The translations under genes were made by a program, and so were the position numbers. A DNA stretch of 64,000 nucleotides from an uncultured Acidobacteriota bacterium (GTDB taxonomy: Bacteria > Acidobacteriota > Polarisedimenticolia > Gp22-AA2), in contig CAYLND010000002.1 in assembly GCA_964384905.1 (NCBI GenBank), positions 669-64,668 on the forward strand, given 5' to 3'. The stretch's first letter is position 1. Each line of letters begins with the position of its first letter. The notes beneath the pieces are model-generated. The model saw nothing but the letters and a program-made list of their open reading frames with translations. It searched no databases and was not told the DNA's origin. Below are positions 47,690 to 57,311 of the stretch, piece by piece.

Positions 47690-49689
47690 GCCAGGTCAGT
47701 CGCTCGCTGAACCACGCCCGCCTTCCCGTCGCCCGGGCCGGACCCGCGCTCCTGGGCGGTCAGGTCCTGGCCGGGGCGCTGGCCGCCTGCGCCGCGGCGT
47801 CGGGGCTCGTCGCGTGGAACATCCATTCGATCCTCGGGCGTTTCGACACGCTCGCCTACCTGCTCCAGGAAGCGCATGCGGTTCAGATCGCGCGGCTGCG
47901 CGCCGCGCTGCTCGTCGCCGCCCTCTCGTCCGCCGTCGTCGCCGTCGTGGCGCTCGTCGCCTGGCGCAGGGCGCTCACCCTGGCGGGCGCCGGGCTCGCC
48001 GCGGCCGGCCTTCTCGCCGGCCCCCTGGCGCGCGCCTATCTGGCGCCGCAAGGCGGGCTGGAGGAGAGCCTGATCTACCGGTTGCGCGGGTTCTCGGCGA
48101 TCGGGATCATCGGCGGTCTGTATCTGATCGTCCTGTCGCTGCTCCCTTCGATCCTCGAGCGACCGGCGGGCGCCTGGGAAAGAGGGGTGACGTCCGTGGT
48201 CCGCCGTGGCATCGATGCCCTGCAGCGTACCCGCCTCTGGCGCCTGCGGATCGCCATCGGCGTGTTCGCGTTCCTGGCGGCGAGCGCGGTCGGGCTTCTC
48301 GTCCTCCAGGATTTCCCCAATTCCTCGGACGAGAACTCCTATCTCACGCAGGCGCGCATCTTCGCGGGCGGCAGGCTCTGGGTCGAGGCTCCGCCCCATC
48401 CGGAATTCTTCCTGGCGCGCAGCTTCATCATGGACGAGGCGAAGGGCCGCTTCTTCGCGAAGGCCTTTCCCGGCTGGGCCGCCATCCTGTCGCTCGGCGT
48501 CCGGGCGGGGGCGCCCTGGGCGATGAACCCGCTGCTGTCGGCGGCGACTTTGATCCTGGCCGGCTGGGCCGGAGGGCGCCTCCTGGGCCGGCACGGCGAG
48601 CTGGCGGTCGTCGCCATCATCCTGGGGAGCCCGTTCTTCCTGCTGAACGCCGCCTCCTACTTCAACCATCCGGCGACGGCGCTGCTGATCACGCTGTTCC
48701 TGGCGGCGGTGATTCGGGCGTCGGAGGGTGGCGGAATCTCCTGGGGGATCGTGGCGGGGCTTTCGACCGGCGCGGCTCTCTGGATCCGTCCGGCCGCGGC
48801 GGTCATTCTCACGGCGCCCCTGACGATCTGGATCGCTTCGCGGTGGGTGCGGGAGGGCCGGTGGGGACGCCTGGCGGCGGCCGCCGCGCCCGTGCTCGCC
48901 GCGGCCGCCGGGGTCGCCTTCTACAACCGACGGATGTTCGGATCGATCGGGCGGACGGGATACGGAGCGTACGACCCCAACGACATCCGCCCCGGCCTGG
49001 GTGCGGACCACCTGATGGTGACCGGGTGGTGGCTGCTCAAGCTGTGCTTCTGGCTCGCTCCCGGCGTGGTCGCGGGGCTGTGGCTCCTTGTCAGCCGGCG
49101 CCGCTGGTCCGAGTGGTACCGGCGCGAGCCGGTCCAGGTGCTGATGCTGGCGTCGCTGGCCGGCCTGCTGCTCGCATGCCTGGTGTTCCAGAACAAAGGA
49201 GGCAACGAGTACGGTCCGCGCTATTACTACGACGGCATCACCTATCTGGCGATCCTCGTTTCAGCCGGCTGGATGCGCGCGCCGGAGGCTCTCGACCGCG
49301 CCGCCGCGCCGTGGAGAGTGCGGCGGGGTGCCGCCCTGGCGCTCGGGTGCGGCGCCTTCCTGACGCTCGCCGGGTCGGTGCCCTTCCTGATGTTCCACTA
49401 CCACGACAAGGTCGGCCACAACCGGGATCTGTTCACGTCGGTCGAGCGGGCGGGTGTCCCGTCGGCGCTCGTGTTCCTCGCGACCGGCAGCGGCCGGATG
49501 CCGCCCGGGGACCTGGTACGGAATCCTCTCGATTTTCGCAGCGGCGTGGTCTACGCGAGGGACCTCGGTCGCGAGGCCGATCGAGAGCTGGCCGCGCGGT
49601 TTCCGGACCGTCCGGCGCTGGTCTACGCCTACGATCCTCAGGTCCGCCGTTCCACGCTCCGGCCGCTCGACGTCGGGGTCCCGAAGTGA
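47686..49689 (+). CDS. GT-C-like polytopic membrane protein (putative polyprenol-phosphate-sugar-dependent glycosyltransferase)
   Basis: 667 aa, many TM helices, a DE-containing first periplasmic loop (FPNSSDENSYLTQ) as in PMT/ArnT enzymes. ATGA overlap. Confidence 0.5.
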   Translation: MSQVSRSLNHARLPVARAGPALLGGQVLAGALAACAAASGLVAWNIHSILGRFDTLAYLLQEAHAVQIARLRAALLVAALSSAVVAVVALVAWRRALTLAGAGLAAAGLLAGPLARAYLAPQGGLEESLIYRLRGFSAIGIIGGLYLIVLSLLPSILERPAGAWERGVTSVVRRGIDALQRTRLWRLRIAIGVFAFLAASAVGLLVLQDFPNSSDENSYLTQARIFAGGRLWVEAPPHPEFFLARSFIMDEAKGRFFAKAFPGWAAILSLGVRAGAPWAMNPLLSAATLILAGWAGGRLLGRHGELAVVAIILGSPFFLLNAASYFNHPATALLITLFLAAVIRASEGGGISWGIVAGLSTGAALWIRPAAAVILTAPLTIWIASRWVREGRWGRLAAAAAPVLAAAAGVAFYNRRMFGSIGRTGYGAYDPNDIRPGLGADHLMVTGWWLLKLCFWLAPGVVAGLWLLVSRRRWSEWYRREPVQVLMLASLAGLLLACLVFQNKGGNEYGPRYYYDGITYLAILVSAGWMRAPEALDRAAAPWRVRRGAALALGCGAFLTLAGSVPFLMFHYHDKVGHNRDLFTSVERAGVPSALVFLATGSGRMPPGDLVRNPLDFRSGVVYARDLGREADRELAARFPDRPALVYAYDPQVRRSTLRPLDVGVPK

Positions 49690-50639
49690 CCCCATCTCTG
49701 ACCGTGCTCGTCTGCACGCACAACCGCGCCGACCTGCTGCGGGGCGCTCTCGCAAGCCTGGAGCGCCAGACGCTCGATCGGAGCCGGTTCGAGGTCCTCG
49801 TGGTGGACAACGCGTCCACCGACGCGACCGCCGCCGTGGTCGCGGAGTGCGCGGCGCGCGGCGCCATCGACCTCCGCTCCGTCCGCGAGGACGAGCTGGG
49901 GCTCGACGCGGCCCGGAACCGGGGCATCCGGGAATCGGCGGGAGAGATCGTCGCCTTCCTCGATGATGACGCGCGCCCCCGGGACGACTGGGCGGCCGAG
50001 GTCCTGGCGGGATTCGCACGTCACGAGGCACCGATCCTGGGCGGCCGTGTCGACCTGATCTGGGAGGCGCCCCGGCCGGCGTGGCTCAGCGACGCGCTGC
50101 TGCGCTACCTGATCCATTGCGACTACGGGCCGGCGGTCGTGGCGGTGACCGCCCCGCCCTGGCTGTACGGCACCAACGTGGCGTTCCGGAGGAGCGTGTT
50201 CCAGGAGCTCGGGCTGTTCCGCCTCGACCTCGATCGGAAGGGTGAATCTCTGATGGGCGGCGGCGACACCGAGTTCTTCGAGCGGGCGCACGCGCGCGGC
50301 CACCGGCTGCTCTACCTCCCGAGCCTCGTGGTCCGGCACCTGGTGCCCGCCTCGCGACTGACGCGCGCGTTCTTCCGGGAGAGGCTCCTGTACTCCGGCT
50401 ACACGCGCGCCGCCATCGGCACGGAGGGGACCGGAGCGATCGCGATGCACTGTCTGCTGTTCACCCTTGGCGGTCCTGTGTGCGCGCTGGCCGCGGCGGT
50501 TCTGCGGCTGGCCGGCCGTCCCGACCTCAGCTTCGCCCAGGAGCGCCGCGCGCTGCTGGGAGCGGGCTACCTTTATTACTGGTTCCTGCGAGCCGTCGGG
50601 AAGGTTCCGCCCCCCCAGCTGGAGGCCTGGACCTCGTGA
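49686..50639 (+). CDS. glycosyltransferase family 2
   Basis: LTVLVCTHNR...VVDNASTD...FLDDDA pattern. GTGA overlap. Confidence 0.8.
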   Translation: MTPSLTVLVCTHNRADLLRGALASLERQTLDRSRFEVLVVDNASTDATAAVVAECAARGAIDLRSVREDELGLDAARNRGIRESAGEIVAFLDDDARPRDDWAAEVLAGFARHEAPILGGRVDLIWEAPRPAWLSDALLRYLIHCDYGPAVVAVTAPPWLYGTNVAFRRSVFQELGLFRLDLDRKGESLMGGGDTEFFERAHARGHRLLYLPSLVVRHLVPASRLTRAFFRERLLYSGYTRAAIGTEGTGAIAMHCLLFTLGGPVCALAAAVLRLAGRPDLSFAQERRALLGAGYLYYWFLRAVGKVPPPQLEAWTS

Positions 50640-52132
50640 CACCCGCCCGAATCAAGAAAGTGCTTCTCCTCAACGGACCGGACGACCGGGTCGACTCGGT
50701 GATGATCCGCAGCGGCGACCGCTGGCCCCACCGGCTGCCGCGCAAGATCACCAAGCAGGTCCCACACGCCTATCCGTTCTGGTTCGCGCAGTGCGGGGCG
50801 TTGCTGAAGCGGCGGGGCTATCAGGTGGTCTACGTCGATTCGATCGGAGAGGGGCTGGGGATCGACGGGACCGTGGAGCGCTTCGCCGAGGAGCGTGCCG
50901 ATATGGTGGTGGTCGCCACGTCGACACCCACGATCCACACCGATCTCCTCATGGCCCGGCTGGCGAAGGAGACGACGCGCGCCGTGACGGTGCTGGTCGA
51001 CACGCACGTGACGGTGTTCCACCGCGAGCTGGTGGCCGAGACGTTCGTCGACGCCGCCGTGCGCGGCGAGTTCGAGGTGGCGGTGCCCGATCTGGCGGAC
51101 GCCCTCAACGCCGGCGACGATCTGTCGCCGGTGGAGGGGGTGACCTGGAAGCGGGCCGGAGAGGTCGTGGTCAATCCCGACAGGCCGCTGATCAGGGATC
51201 TGGACGATCTGCCCTGGCCCGACCGCGACCTGGTGCCCGGGGACCAGTACATCGTCGGCCTGCGCACCCAGGATCCCTGCTTCATGGTGATGGCCAGCAG
51301 GGGCTGCCCGTTCCGCTGCACCTTCTGTCTCTGGGTGCCGGTCCTGTTCAACAACAAGGTCCGCTTCCGCGACGTCGAGCAGGTCGTGGACGAGATCGTC
51401 CACCTGCAGGAGAAGTACGGCGCGCGGGAGGTGTTCTTCCACGATGACACCGTCAACGTCACCGTCCGGCGGGTCGAGGAGATCTGCAACGCGATCCTGC
51501 GCCGTGGAGTGACGATCGGCTGGATCGCGAACTTTCGCGGCGACCAGACGACCCCCGAGATGTTCCGGCTGATGAAGAAGGCCGGCTGCACCAAGATCCT
51601 GCTGGGCGTCGAGAGCGGCTCGCAGAGGCTCCTGGACGAGACCATCGACAAGGAGATCACTCTGAAAGAGGTGGAGGACACGATCCGCTGGGCCAAGGAG
51701 GCGGGGATCCGGGTGCACTGCACCTACTCGCTGGGCGCGCCGGGCGAGACCCGGGAGACGCTCAAGGAGACTCTCGAGTTCATCAAGAAGACCGAGCCGG
51801 ACGACATCCAGGTCAGCCTGATGACCCCGATCCCGGGGACGCCCTTTTACGAGAAGGTGAAGGACCAGGTGGCCGACTGGCACGACTTCGACGGCGTGTC
51901 CGGACGCTCCTGGTGCGATCTCTCCACCGCCGAGCTGAAGAACGCCATGAACCGGATCTACATCGAGCACTACCTGACGCCGCGGCGCGTCCTGAAGCGC
52001 GTCTTCAGCATCCGTAACGTCTACGACATCAAGGAGAACTGGCGGCAGTTCAAGGCGTTCCTCAGCCGCTACGCCGCGACCGGTCTGCCGCGGCCGATCG
52101 GAACGCGGTTCGAGGGGCAGGAGAAAGCGTGA
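50636..52132 (+). CDS. cobalamin (B12)-binding radical SAM protein
   Basis: N-terminal B12-binding-like Rossmann region (KKVLLLNGPDD...VVVATSTPT), a radical SAM core with CPFRCTFC, and an elongator/class-B-like C-terminus. GTGA overlap. Confidence 0.8.
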   Translation: MTPARIKKVLLLNGPDDRVDSVMIRSGDRWPHRLPRKITKQVPHAYPFWFAQCGALLKRRGYQVVYVDSIGEGLGIDGTVERFAEERADMVVVATSTPTIHTDLLMARLAKETTRAVTVLVDTHVTVFHRELVAETFVDAAVRGEFEVAVPDLADALNAGDDLSPVEGVTWKRAGEVVVNPDRPLIRDLDDLPWPDRDLVPGDQYIVGLRTQDPCFMVMASRGCPFRCTFCLWVPVLFNNKVRFRDVEQVVDEIVHLQEKYGAREVFFHDDTVNVTVRRVEEICNAILRRGVTIGWIANFRGDQTTPEMFRLMKKAGCTKILLGVESGSQRLLDETIDKEITLKEVEDTIRWAKEAGIRVHCTYSLGAPGETRETLKETLEFIKKTEPDDIQVSLMTPIPGTPFYEKVKDQVADWHDFDGVSGRSWCDLSTAELKNAMNRIYIEHYLTPRRVLKRVFSIRNVYDIKENWRQFKAFLSRYAATGLPRPIGTRFEGQEKA

Positions 52133-53349
52133 AGATCACGGTCCTCTGCGGGCGGTATCCCTATTCCGGGGCCGGCGTCATCGCGCGCGAGTCGGCCGAG
52201 GAGCTGGCGCGCCGGCACGAGGTGACCTTCGTCCACGGTGGGGACGCGGACTTCGATCGTCGCGAGGGAGCGCTGCGGGTGATCTCCCTGGCGCTGCCTC
52301 CCGCGGAGGAGCAAGGGATCTCCCACCTGTACTGGAGCCCCGCGATCCTGCGCCGGCTCCGCCAGACGCTCCGCGAGGTCAATTCCGATCTGATCCACTT
52401 CCATATCATCCAGCGCCGCAGCTTCTCGCTGGCGTCGCTTCTCCTGTCGCGGAGCCGGCGGGCCTTCTGGACGATCCACGATCAATGGCCGCTGTGCGTC
52501 CGCTCGGTCCCGGAGCCGCCGGGCTGCGAGGGGATGAAGCGGTTCTGCCTGTTCTGCACCGCCTGGCCGGGGTTCTCCGTCGCCAACAAGGTGATCAAGG
52601 AAGCGGTCTTCGCGGCCTCCCGGGTGGAGGTGGTGGTGCCGTCTCGCTGGCTCGGCGACCTGCTCCGCCGCTCGTTCCTCGGGCGCAAGCGGGTGCACCT
52701 GGTCTACAACGGAATCGACCTGAATCTCTTCCGCCCGGGCGCGGGAGCGATCGACGGCGGGGAGAAACGACCGCCGACGGTTCTCTACGTGGCGGGTCCG
52801 AACGATCCCACCAAAGGGATCGCCGACCTCCTGCCCGCCTTCCTGGCGCTCCGGGAGAGGTATCGAGGGCTCCGCCTGCGGGTGGTCGGTGATCCGCCCG
52901 GCGGGCTCGCCGGCGCGGAAGGCGTCGAGCTCGCCGGTCGTGTGCCGCGGGAGGAGATGCCGGACGAGTACCGGCGCTGCGATCTCTTCGTGCTCCCCAC
53001 GCTCTCCGACAACACGCCGGTCACCCTGATGGAGGCGATGGCGTCCGGCCTGCCGGCCGTGGCGACGGCGGTGGGCGGCATTCCGGAGCTGGTGACTCCC
53101 GGAGTCACCGGCCGTCTGGTCCCGCCGGGCGATCGTCCGGCGCTGGCGGCGGCGATGGAGGGCCTCCTGGCGGACCACGGCGCGCGGCGGCGGATGGGCG
53201 CGGCGGGCAGGAAGGTCGCGGAGGCGCGATTCGCGCGACAACGCATGGTTTCGGAGCTGGAGGACATTTACGGCGTGGCTCGCGGGCGGTCGCGCGATGC
53301 GGAGCGCGTGCCCGGCATGCCGGCACCTGCTTGTGGAGGTCAACGATGA
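52129..53349 (+). CDS. glycosyltransferase family 4 (GT-B, group 1)
   Basis: GT4 C-terminal pattern (CDLFVLPTLSDNTPVTLMEAMASGLPAVATAVGGIPE). GTGA overlap. Confidence 0.8.
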   Translation: MKITVLCGRYPYSGAGVIARESAEELARRHEVTFVHGGDADFDRREGALRVISLALPPAEEQGISHLYWSPAILRRLRQTLREVNSDLIHFHIIQRRSFSLASLLLSRSRRAFWTIHDQWPLCVRSVPEPPGCEGMKRFCLFCTAWPGFSVANKVIKEAVFAASRVEVVVPSRWLGDLLRRSFLGRKRVHLVYNGIDLNLFRPGAGAIDGGEKRPPTVLYVAGPNDPTKGIADLLPAFLALRERYRGLRLRVVGDPPGGLAGAEGVELAGRVPREEMPDEYRRCDLFVLPTLSDNTPVTLMEAMASGLPAVATAVGGIPELVTPGVTGRLVPPGDRPALAAAMEGLLADHGARRRMGAAGRKVAEARFARQRMVSELEDIYGVARGRSRDAERVPGMPAPACGGQR

Positions 53350-55082
53350 AAGCGGTGATTCTCGCCGGCGGCCGGGACACACATCTGGTGCCGCTGGTGC
53401 GGACGATGCCCAAGCCGCTCCTGCCGGTGGCCAATCGCCCGATGGTGGAGTACCTTCTGGATCTCCTGAAGGACAACGGCATCCGTGAGGTCGCCCTCAC
53501 CATCAACGAGGACGCCGATCGGTACGAGGAGGTTCTCGGTGACGGCCGCCGGCTCGGGATGCGGCTGCATTACTCGCGCGAGACCGTCCCGAGCGGCACG
53601 GCGGGATGCCTGCTCCCCCTGGCCGATTTCCTCGGGCGCAAGCCGTTCCTCGTCATCCACGGGAGTCTGTTCCTGAACGCCGATCTGAAGGGGCTGATCG
53701 ACTCCCACCGGCTCCGCAGGGCGGTCGCCACCCTGGGCGTCCGCAGGACGTCCGGCGGCTCGCGTGACTGGCATCAGCTGGAATTGCGACTCGGGGAAGG
53801 GGACCGCGTCGAGGGGATCAAGGTTCACGATCTCTCCGATCGCGGGCGGCATGCCCCCGTGCCGGCGGGCGTGTACATGTTCGATCCGGCGGTCCTGGGC
53901 TCGATCGAGCCGGGGATCTACTACGACATCAAGGAGCAGCTGCTGCCCCGGCTGCGTCAGGAAGGGAAGCCGGTGTTCGCCTGCGAGATCCAGGGCTACT
54001 GCCGGAACGTTCTGGAGATGAACGACTACCTGAAAGTCAATCGGTCCGTTCTGCGTGCGGAGGTGAACGGATACCGCTTCGAGGGCCAGATCGCCGACGG
54101 CATCTGGGTTGGACGGGGAAGCGACGTCTCGCCGCAGGCGACCCTCCTCGGACCGGTGATGATCGGACGGGACTGCGTCATCGGGCCCGGCGTCCAGATC
54201 ATCGGCCCCACCTGCATCGGAGACGGTTGTCTGGTGGAGGAGGGGGCCCTGTTGAGGGAGAGCCTGCTGCATCCCGGAGCCCGGGTGGAGCAGAATTCCA
54301 GGGTCGAGGGGTGCGTCCTGACCGCGGACACCGTGGTTACCTCGGGCCAGGCCTTGCGGGAGGTGGTGACGATCCCGGAAGGGCTGGACGTGGGCGAGCT
54401 CGACCTGGCCGACGCCGAGCTGCTGATCCAGGGAGTGGCGGCGTCCGCCGGCCGGTACGCGCAGAGTCATCTGCGCTACCTGCTCTATCGCACGTGCAAG
54501 CGCGGGCTCGATCTGGCGGCGGCGCTGGCCGGTCTGGTCGTGCTATCGCCCTTGTTCGTCGCGGTGGCTCTCGCCATCAGGATGACGAGCCCCGGTCCGG
54601 TCTTCTTCCGGCAAAGGCGGTGCGGTCGCCACGGGCGCGAGTTCATGATGGTCAAGTTCCGCACCATGGTGAAGGACGCCGAGAACATGCAGGCGCAGCT
54701 CCGACCGCTCAACGAAGTGGACGGGCCCGTCTTCAAGATGGAGAACGATCCGCGCTCCACGACCCTCGGGCGTTTCATGCGCAAGTACAGCATCGACGAG
54801 ATGCCGCAGCTCTGGAACGTCCTGAAAGGTGAGATGAGCCTGGTCGGCCCCCGGCCCCTGGCCGCCAAGGAGATGCGGTTCTGCTCCGCCTGGCGCGACG
54901 TGCGGCTGAAGGTCCGTCCGGGAATCACCGGTCTGTGGCAGATCAGCGGCCGAAGCAAGAGCTCGTTCCACGATTGGATCCGCCTGGACATCGAATATGT
55001 CCAGGAGCGATCCCTGTTCCGGGATCTGCAGATACTCTTCAAGACTCTCAGCGTCGTCATCCGGGCGCTGGGGTCTTTCTGA
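53346..55082 (+). CDS. bifunctional fusion of a sugar-1-phosphate nucleotidylyltransferase (with LbH domain) and a polyprenyl-phosphate glycosylphosphotransferase (bacterial sugar transferase domain)
   Basis: The N-terminus reads MKAVILAGGRDTHLVPLVRTMPKPLLPVANRPMVEY (NTP_transferase G-x-G-T-R-L-like), followed by hexapeptide repeats. The C-terminal ~200 aa have one TM helix and the WbaP/WcaJ-type sugar transferase pattern (KRGLDLAAALAGLVVLSPLF...KFRTM...DE.PQLWNVLKGEMSLVGPRP). ATGA overlap. Confidence 0.75.
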   Translation: MKAVILAGGRDTHLVPLVRTMPKPLLPVANRPMVEYLLDLLKDNGIREVALTINEDADRYEEVLGDGRRLGMRLHYSRETVPSGTAGCLLPLADFLGRKPFLVIHGSLFLNADLKGLIDSHRLRRAVATLGVRRTSGGSRDWHQLELRLGEGDRVEGIKVHDLSDRGRHAPVPAGVYMFDPAVLGSIEPGIYYDIKEQLLPRLRQEGKPVFACEIQGYCRNVLEMNDYLKVNRSVLRAEVNGYRFEGQIADGIWVGRGSDVSPQATLLGPVMIGRDCVIGPGVQIIGPTCIGDGCLVEEGALLRESLLHPGARVEQNSRVEGCVLTADTVVTSGQALREVVTIPEGLDVGELDLADAELLIQGVAASAGRYAQSHLRYLLYRTCKRGLDLAAALAGLVVLSPLFVAVALAIRMTSPGPVFFRQRRCGRHGREFMMVKFRTMVKDAENMQAQLRPLNEVDGPVFKMENDPRSTTLGRFMRKYSIDEMPQLWNVLKGEMSLVGPRPLAAKEMRFCSAWRDVRLKVRPGITGLWQISGRSKSSFHDWIRLDIEYVQERSLFRDLQILFKTLSVVIRALGSF

Positions 55083-55118
55083 GCCGGCGTCATCGGGCCG
55101 GCTGCGCGAAAGGATTGA

Positions 55119-57311
55119 ATGGCTGACGCGGTCCACCAGGAAACACCGTTCGACCTGCAGCGCTATCTCCACCTTCTGTGGAGACGGAAGTGGCTCATCG
55201 CGGGCTTCGCCGCGGTCCTGACGGTGGCGGTGGGAGTCGGCACCTATTTCCAGCCGAAGCTGTACGAGGCCAAGGTGACCCTCCTCGCCGGTCGGGACAG
55301 CCCGCGTCTCTTGACCTCCGATCCGATCCCCGGCGAGCGGATCGGTCAGCGGGACTATCTGAAGACTCAGGCCGCGATCCTGACCAGCCGCAGCCTCCTC
55401 CAGGGGGCGATCAAGGACCTGATGAAGGAAGGCTTCTACGGTCAGGTGGACCCCGCGAAGATCGAGGAGAAATCCCTGGCCGCCGCCGCCGAGCTGCAGC
55501 GCCGGGTGCGGGTCGTGACCACGGAGGACACGCAGGTGATCTCCGTCATCGTGGAAGGAGGGCTGCCGGACCGGGTCGCCCGCATCGCCAACGCCATCGC
55601 CGACGAGTTCGTCAACAGCAACGAGGAATCCAGAGTGTCGATGGCGAACCAGGCGGTCGCCTGGCTCACCACCAAGCTGGCCGAGCAGCGCGTCAAGCTG
55701 ACCGCCGCGGAGGACGACCTGAGGGCGTACAAGGAGAAGGAGAAAATCGTCGCCCCGGATGACGCCGATCCCTTCTCGACGTTGAACCTGAGCCGGCTCA
55801 ACGACGACTACCTGACCACCCGGTTCCAGCTGATGGAGAAGCAGGCGCGGCTCGCCGCGATGAAGAAGAGCCGCGAATCCCATTCCGCGAAGGGCCGGGC
55901 CTCCGCGGCCGCGTCCCTGGACCTGGAGATTCAGCGCAAGCTCCGGGAGAGCCTGGAGGCCGAATACGTCCAGGCCCAGGTCGATCTCCGGAATCTGTCG
56001 CAGCGCTATGGTCCGGAGCATCCCGACATCATCACGCTCAAGGAGAAGGTGGCGAAGATTGCCAAGGAGCTGGAGAACGTCGGCGACACCCCCGCCCGCC
56101 CTGAAGAGGCGCCCGTGGTCACGCAGGCCCAGATCGCCGATCTCCAGGCCGAGGTGACTGCTCTGACCCAGAAGGAATCGGCCCTGGCGAGCACTCTCGA
56201 AGCGTACAAGGCGCAGGCCCGCAGCCAGTCGAAGACCGCGATCGGCTATTCGCTGCGCAAGCAGGCGGTCGACCTGAACCGCCAGACGTACAACGATCTC
56301 CTGGCGCGTCTCAACGACGCGCAGCTCTCCGGCCAGATCAAGGTCAACACGGTCAAGGTCCTGGACCGGGCCGAGCCGCCCAAGGGGCCGGTGGAGCCCC
56401 AGCCGGCGCGCAACCTGATGGTGGCGGTCCTTCTGGGACTGGTGCTCGGAGTCGGTCTCGCCATTCTCGCGGAGAACCTCGACCGTGGCATCAAGAATCC
56501 CGAAGAGGCGGTGCGCTACCTGCGTCTGCCGCTCCTCACCGTCATTCCAGGATTCGGTCTCGGCCGGGGCGTCGGGAAGGAGGAGGGGAAGGCCAAGCTC
56601 GTCACGATCGACGAGCCGCGCTCGCACGCCGCCGAGTGCTATCGGAACCTGAGGACCTCCATCCTGTTCTCGACCGGGCATCCCGTGCCCAAGACGATCC
56701 TGATCACCAGCGCGGTGGGCGGCGAGGGCAAATCGACCACCGCCGCCAACCTGGCGGTGGTGATGAGCCAGAACGGCCGGAAGGTCCTGCTGATCGACGG
56801 CGATCTCCGGAGACCGGCCCTGCATCGTTACTTCACGCGGCAGAAGGGCGGCGGCATCGTCCGCCTCCTGAAGGAGACCTGCCGGCCGGAGGAGGCGGTG
56901 CAACGCTCCTTCGTCGAGAATCTCGATCTTCTCCTGTGTCACGAGGCTCCGAGCAATCCCTCCGAGCTTCTCGGGTCGAGCCGGATGCTCAGCATGATCG
57001 CGCACTTCCGTGAGCGCTACGACGTCGTGGTGATCGACTCCCCCGTGGTCGTCTCGGTCGCGGACTCTCTCATCCTGGCGTCGAGGGCCGAGGCGATCGT
57101 CATGGTGCACCGCCCCGGCGCGGCGAGCCGGGAGATGGTGCGGCACGCGCGCGAGAGCCTCGACCAGGTGAAGGCCAACATCCTCGGTCTGGTCCTGAAC
57201 AACGTCGACCTCGAGGCGCAGCCGTACGCCTATTCGCACCATCGCTACTACGGCTACGGCATGGAGGACGAGCCGAAGCCACGGAACGACCGGGTGGGGA
57301 AGAAGGCGTGA
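55119..57311 (+). CDS. polysaccharide co-polymerase / BY-family tyrosine autokinase (Wzc-like)
   Basis: N-terminal TM plus Wzz-like periplasmic coiled-coil region, a second TM, and a C-terminal P-loop kinase domain (TSAVGGEGKSTTAANLAV, DGDLRRP, VVIDSPVV). Confidence 0.85.
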   Translation: MADAVHQETPFDLQRYLHLLWRRKWLIAGFAAVLTVAVGVGTYFQPKLYEAKVTLLAGRDSPRLLTSDPIPGERIGQRDYLKTQAAILTSRSLLQGAIKDLMKEGFYGQVDPAKIEEKSLAAAAELQRRVRVVTTEDTQVISVIVEGGLPDRVARIANAIADEFVNSNEESRVSMANQAVAWLTTKLAEQRVKLTAAEDDLRAYKEKEKIVAPDDADPFSTLNLSRLNDDYLTTRFQLMEKQARLAAMKKSRESHSAKGRASAAASLDLEIQRKLRESLEAEYVQAQVDLRNLSQRYGPEHPDIITLKEKVAKIAKELENVGDTPARPEEAPVVTQAQIADLQAEVTALTQKESALASTLEAYKAQARSQSKTAIGYSLRKQAVDLNRQTYNDLLARLNDAQLSGQIKVNTVKVLDRAEPPKGPVEPQPARNLMVAVLLGLVLGVGLAILAENLDRGIKNPEEAVRYLRLPLLTVIPGFGLGRGVGKEEGKAKLVTIDEPRSHAAECYRNLRTSILFSTGHPVPKTILITSAVGGEGKSTTAANLAVVMSQNGRKVLLIDGDLRRPALHRYFTRQKGGGIVRLLKETCRPEEAVQRSFVENLDLLLCHEAPSNPSELLGSSRMLSMIAHFRERYDVVVIDSPVVVSVADSLILASRAEAIVMVHRPGAASREMVRHARESLDQVKANILGLVLNNVDLEAQPYAYSHHRYYGYGMEDEPKPRNDRVGKKA

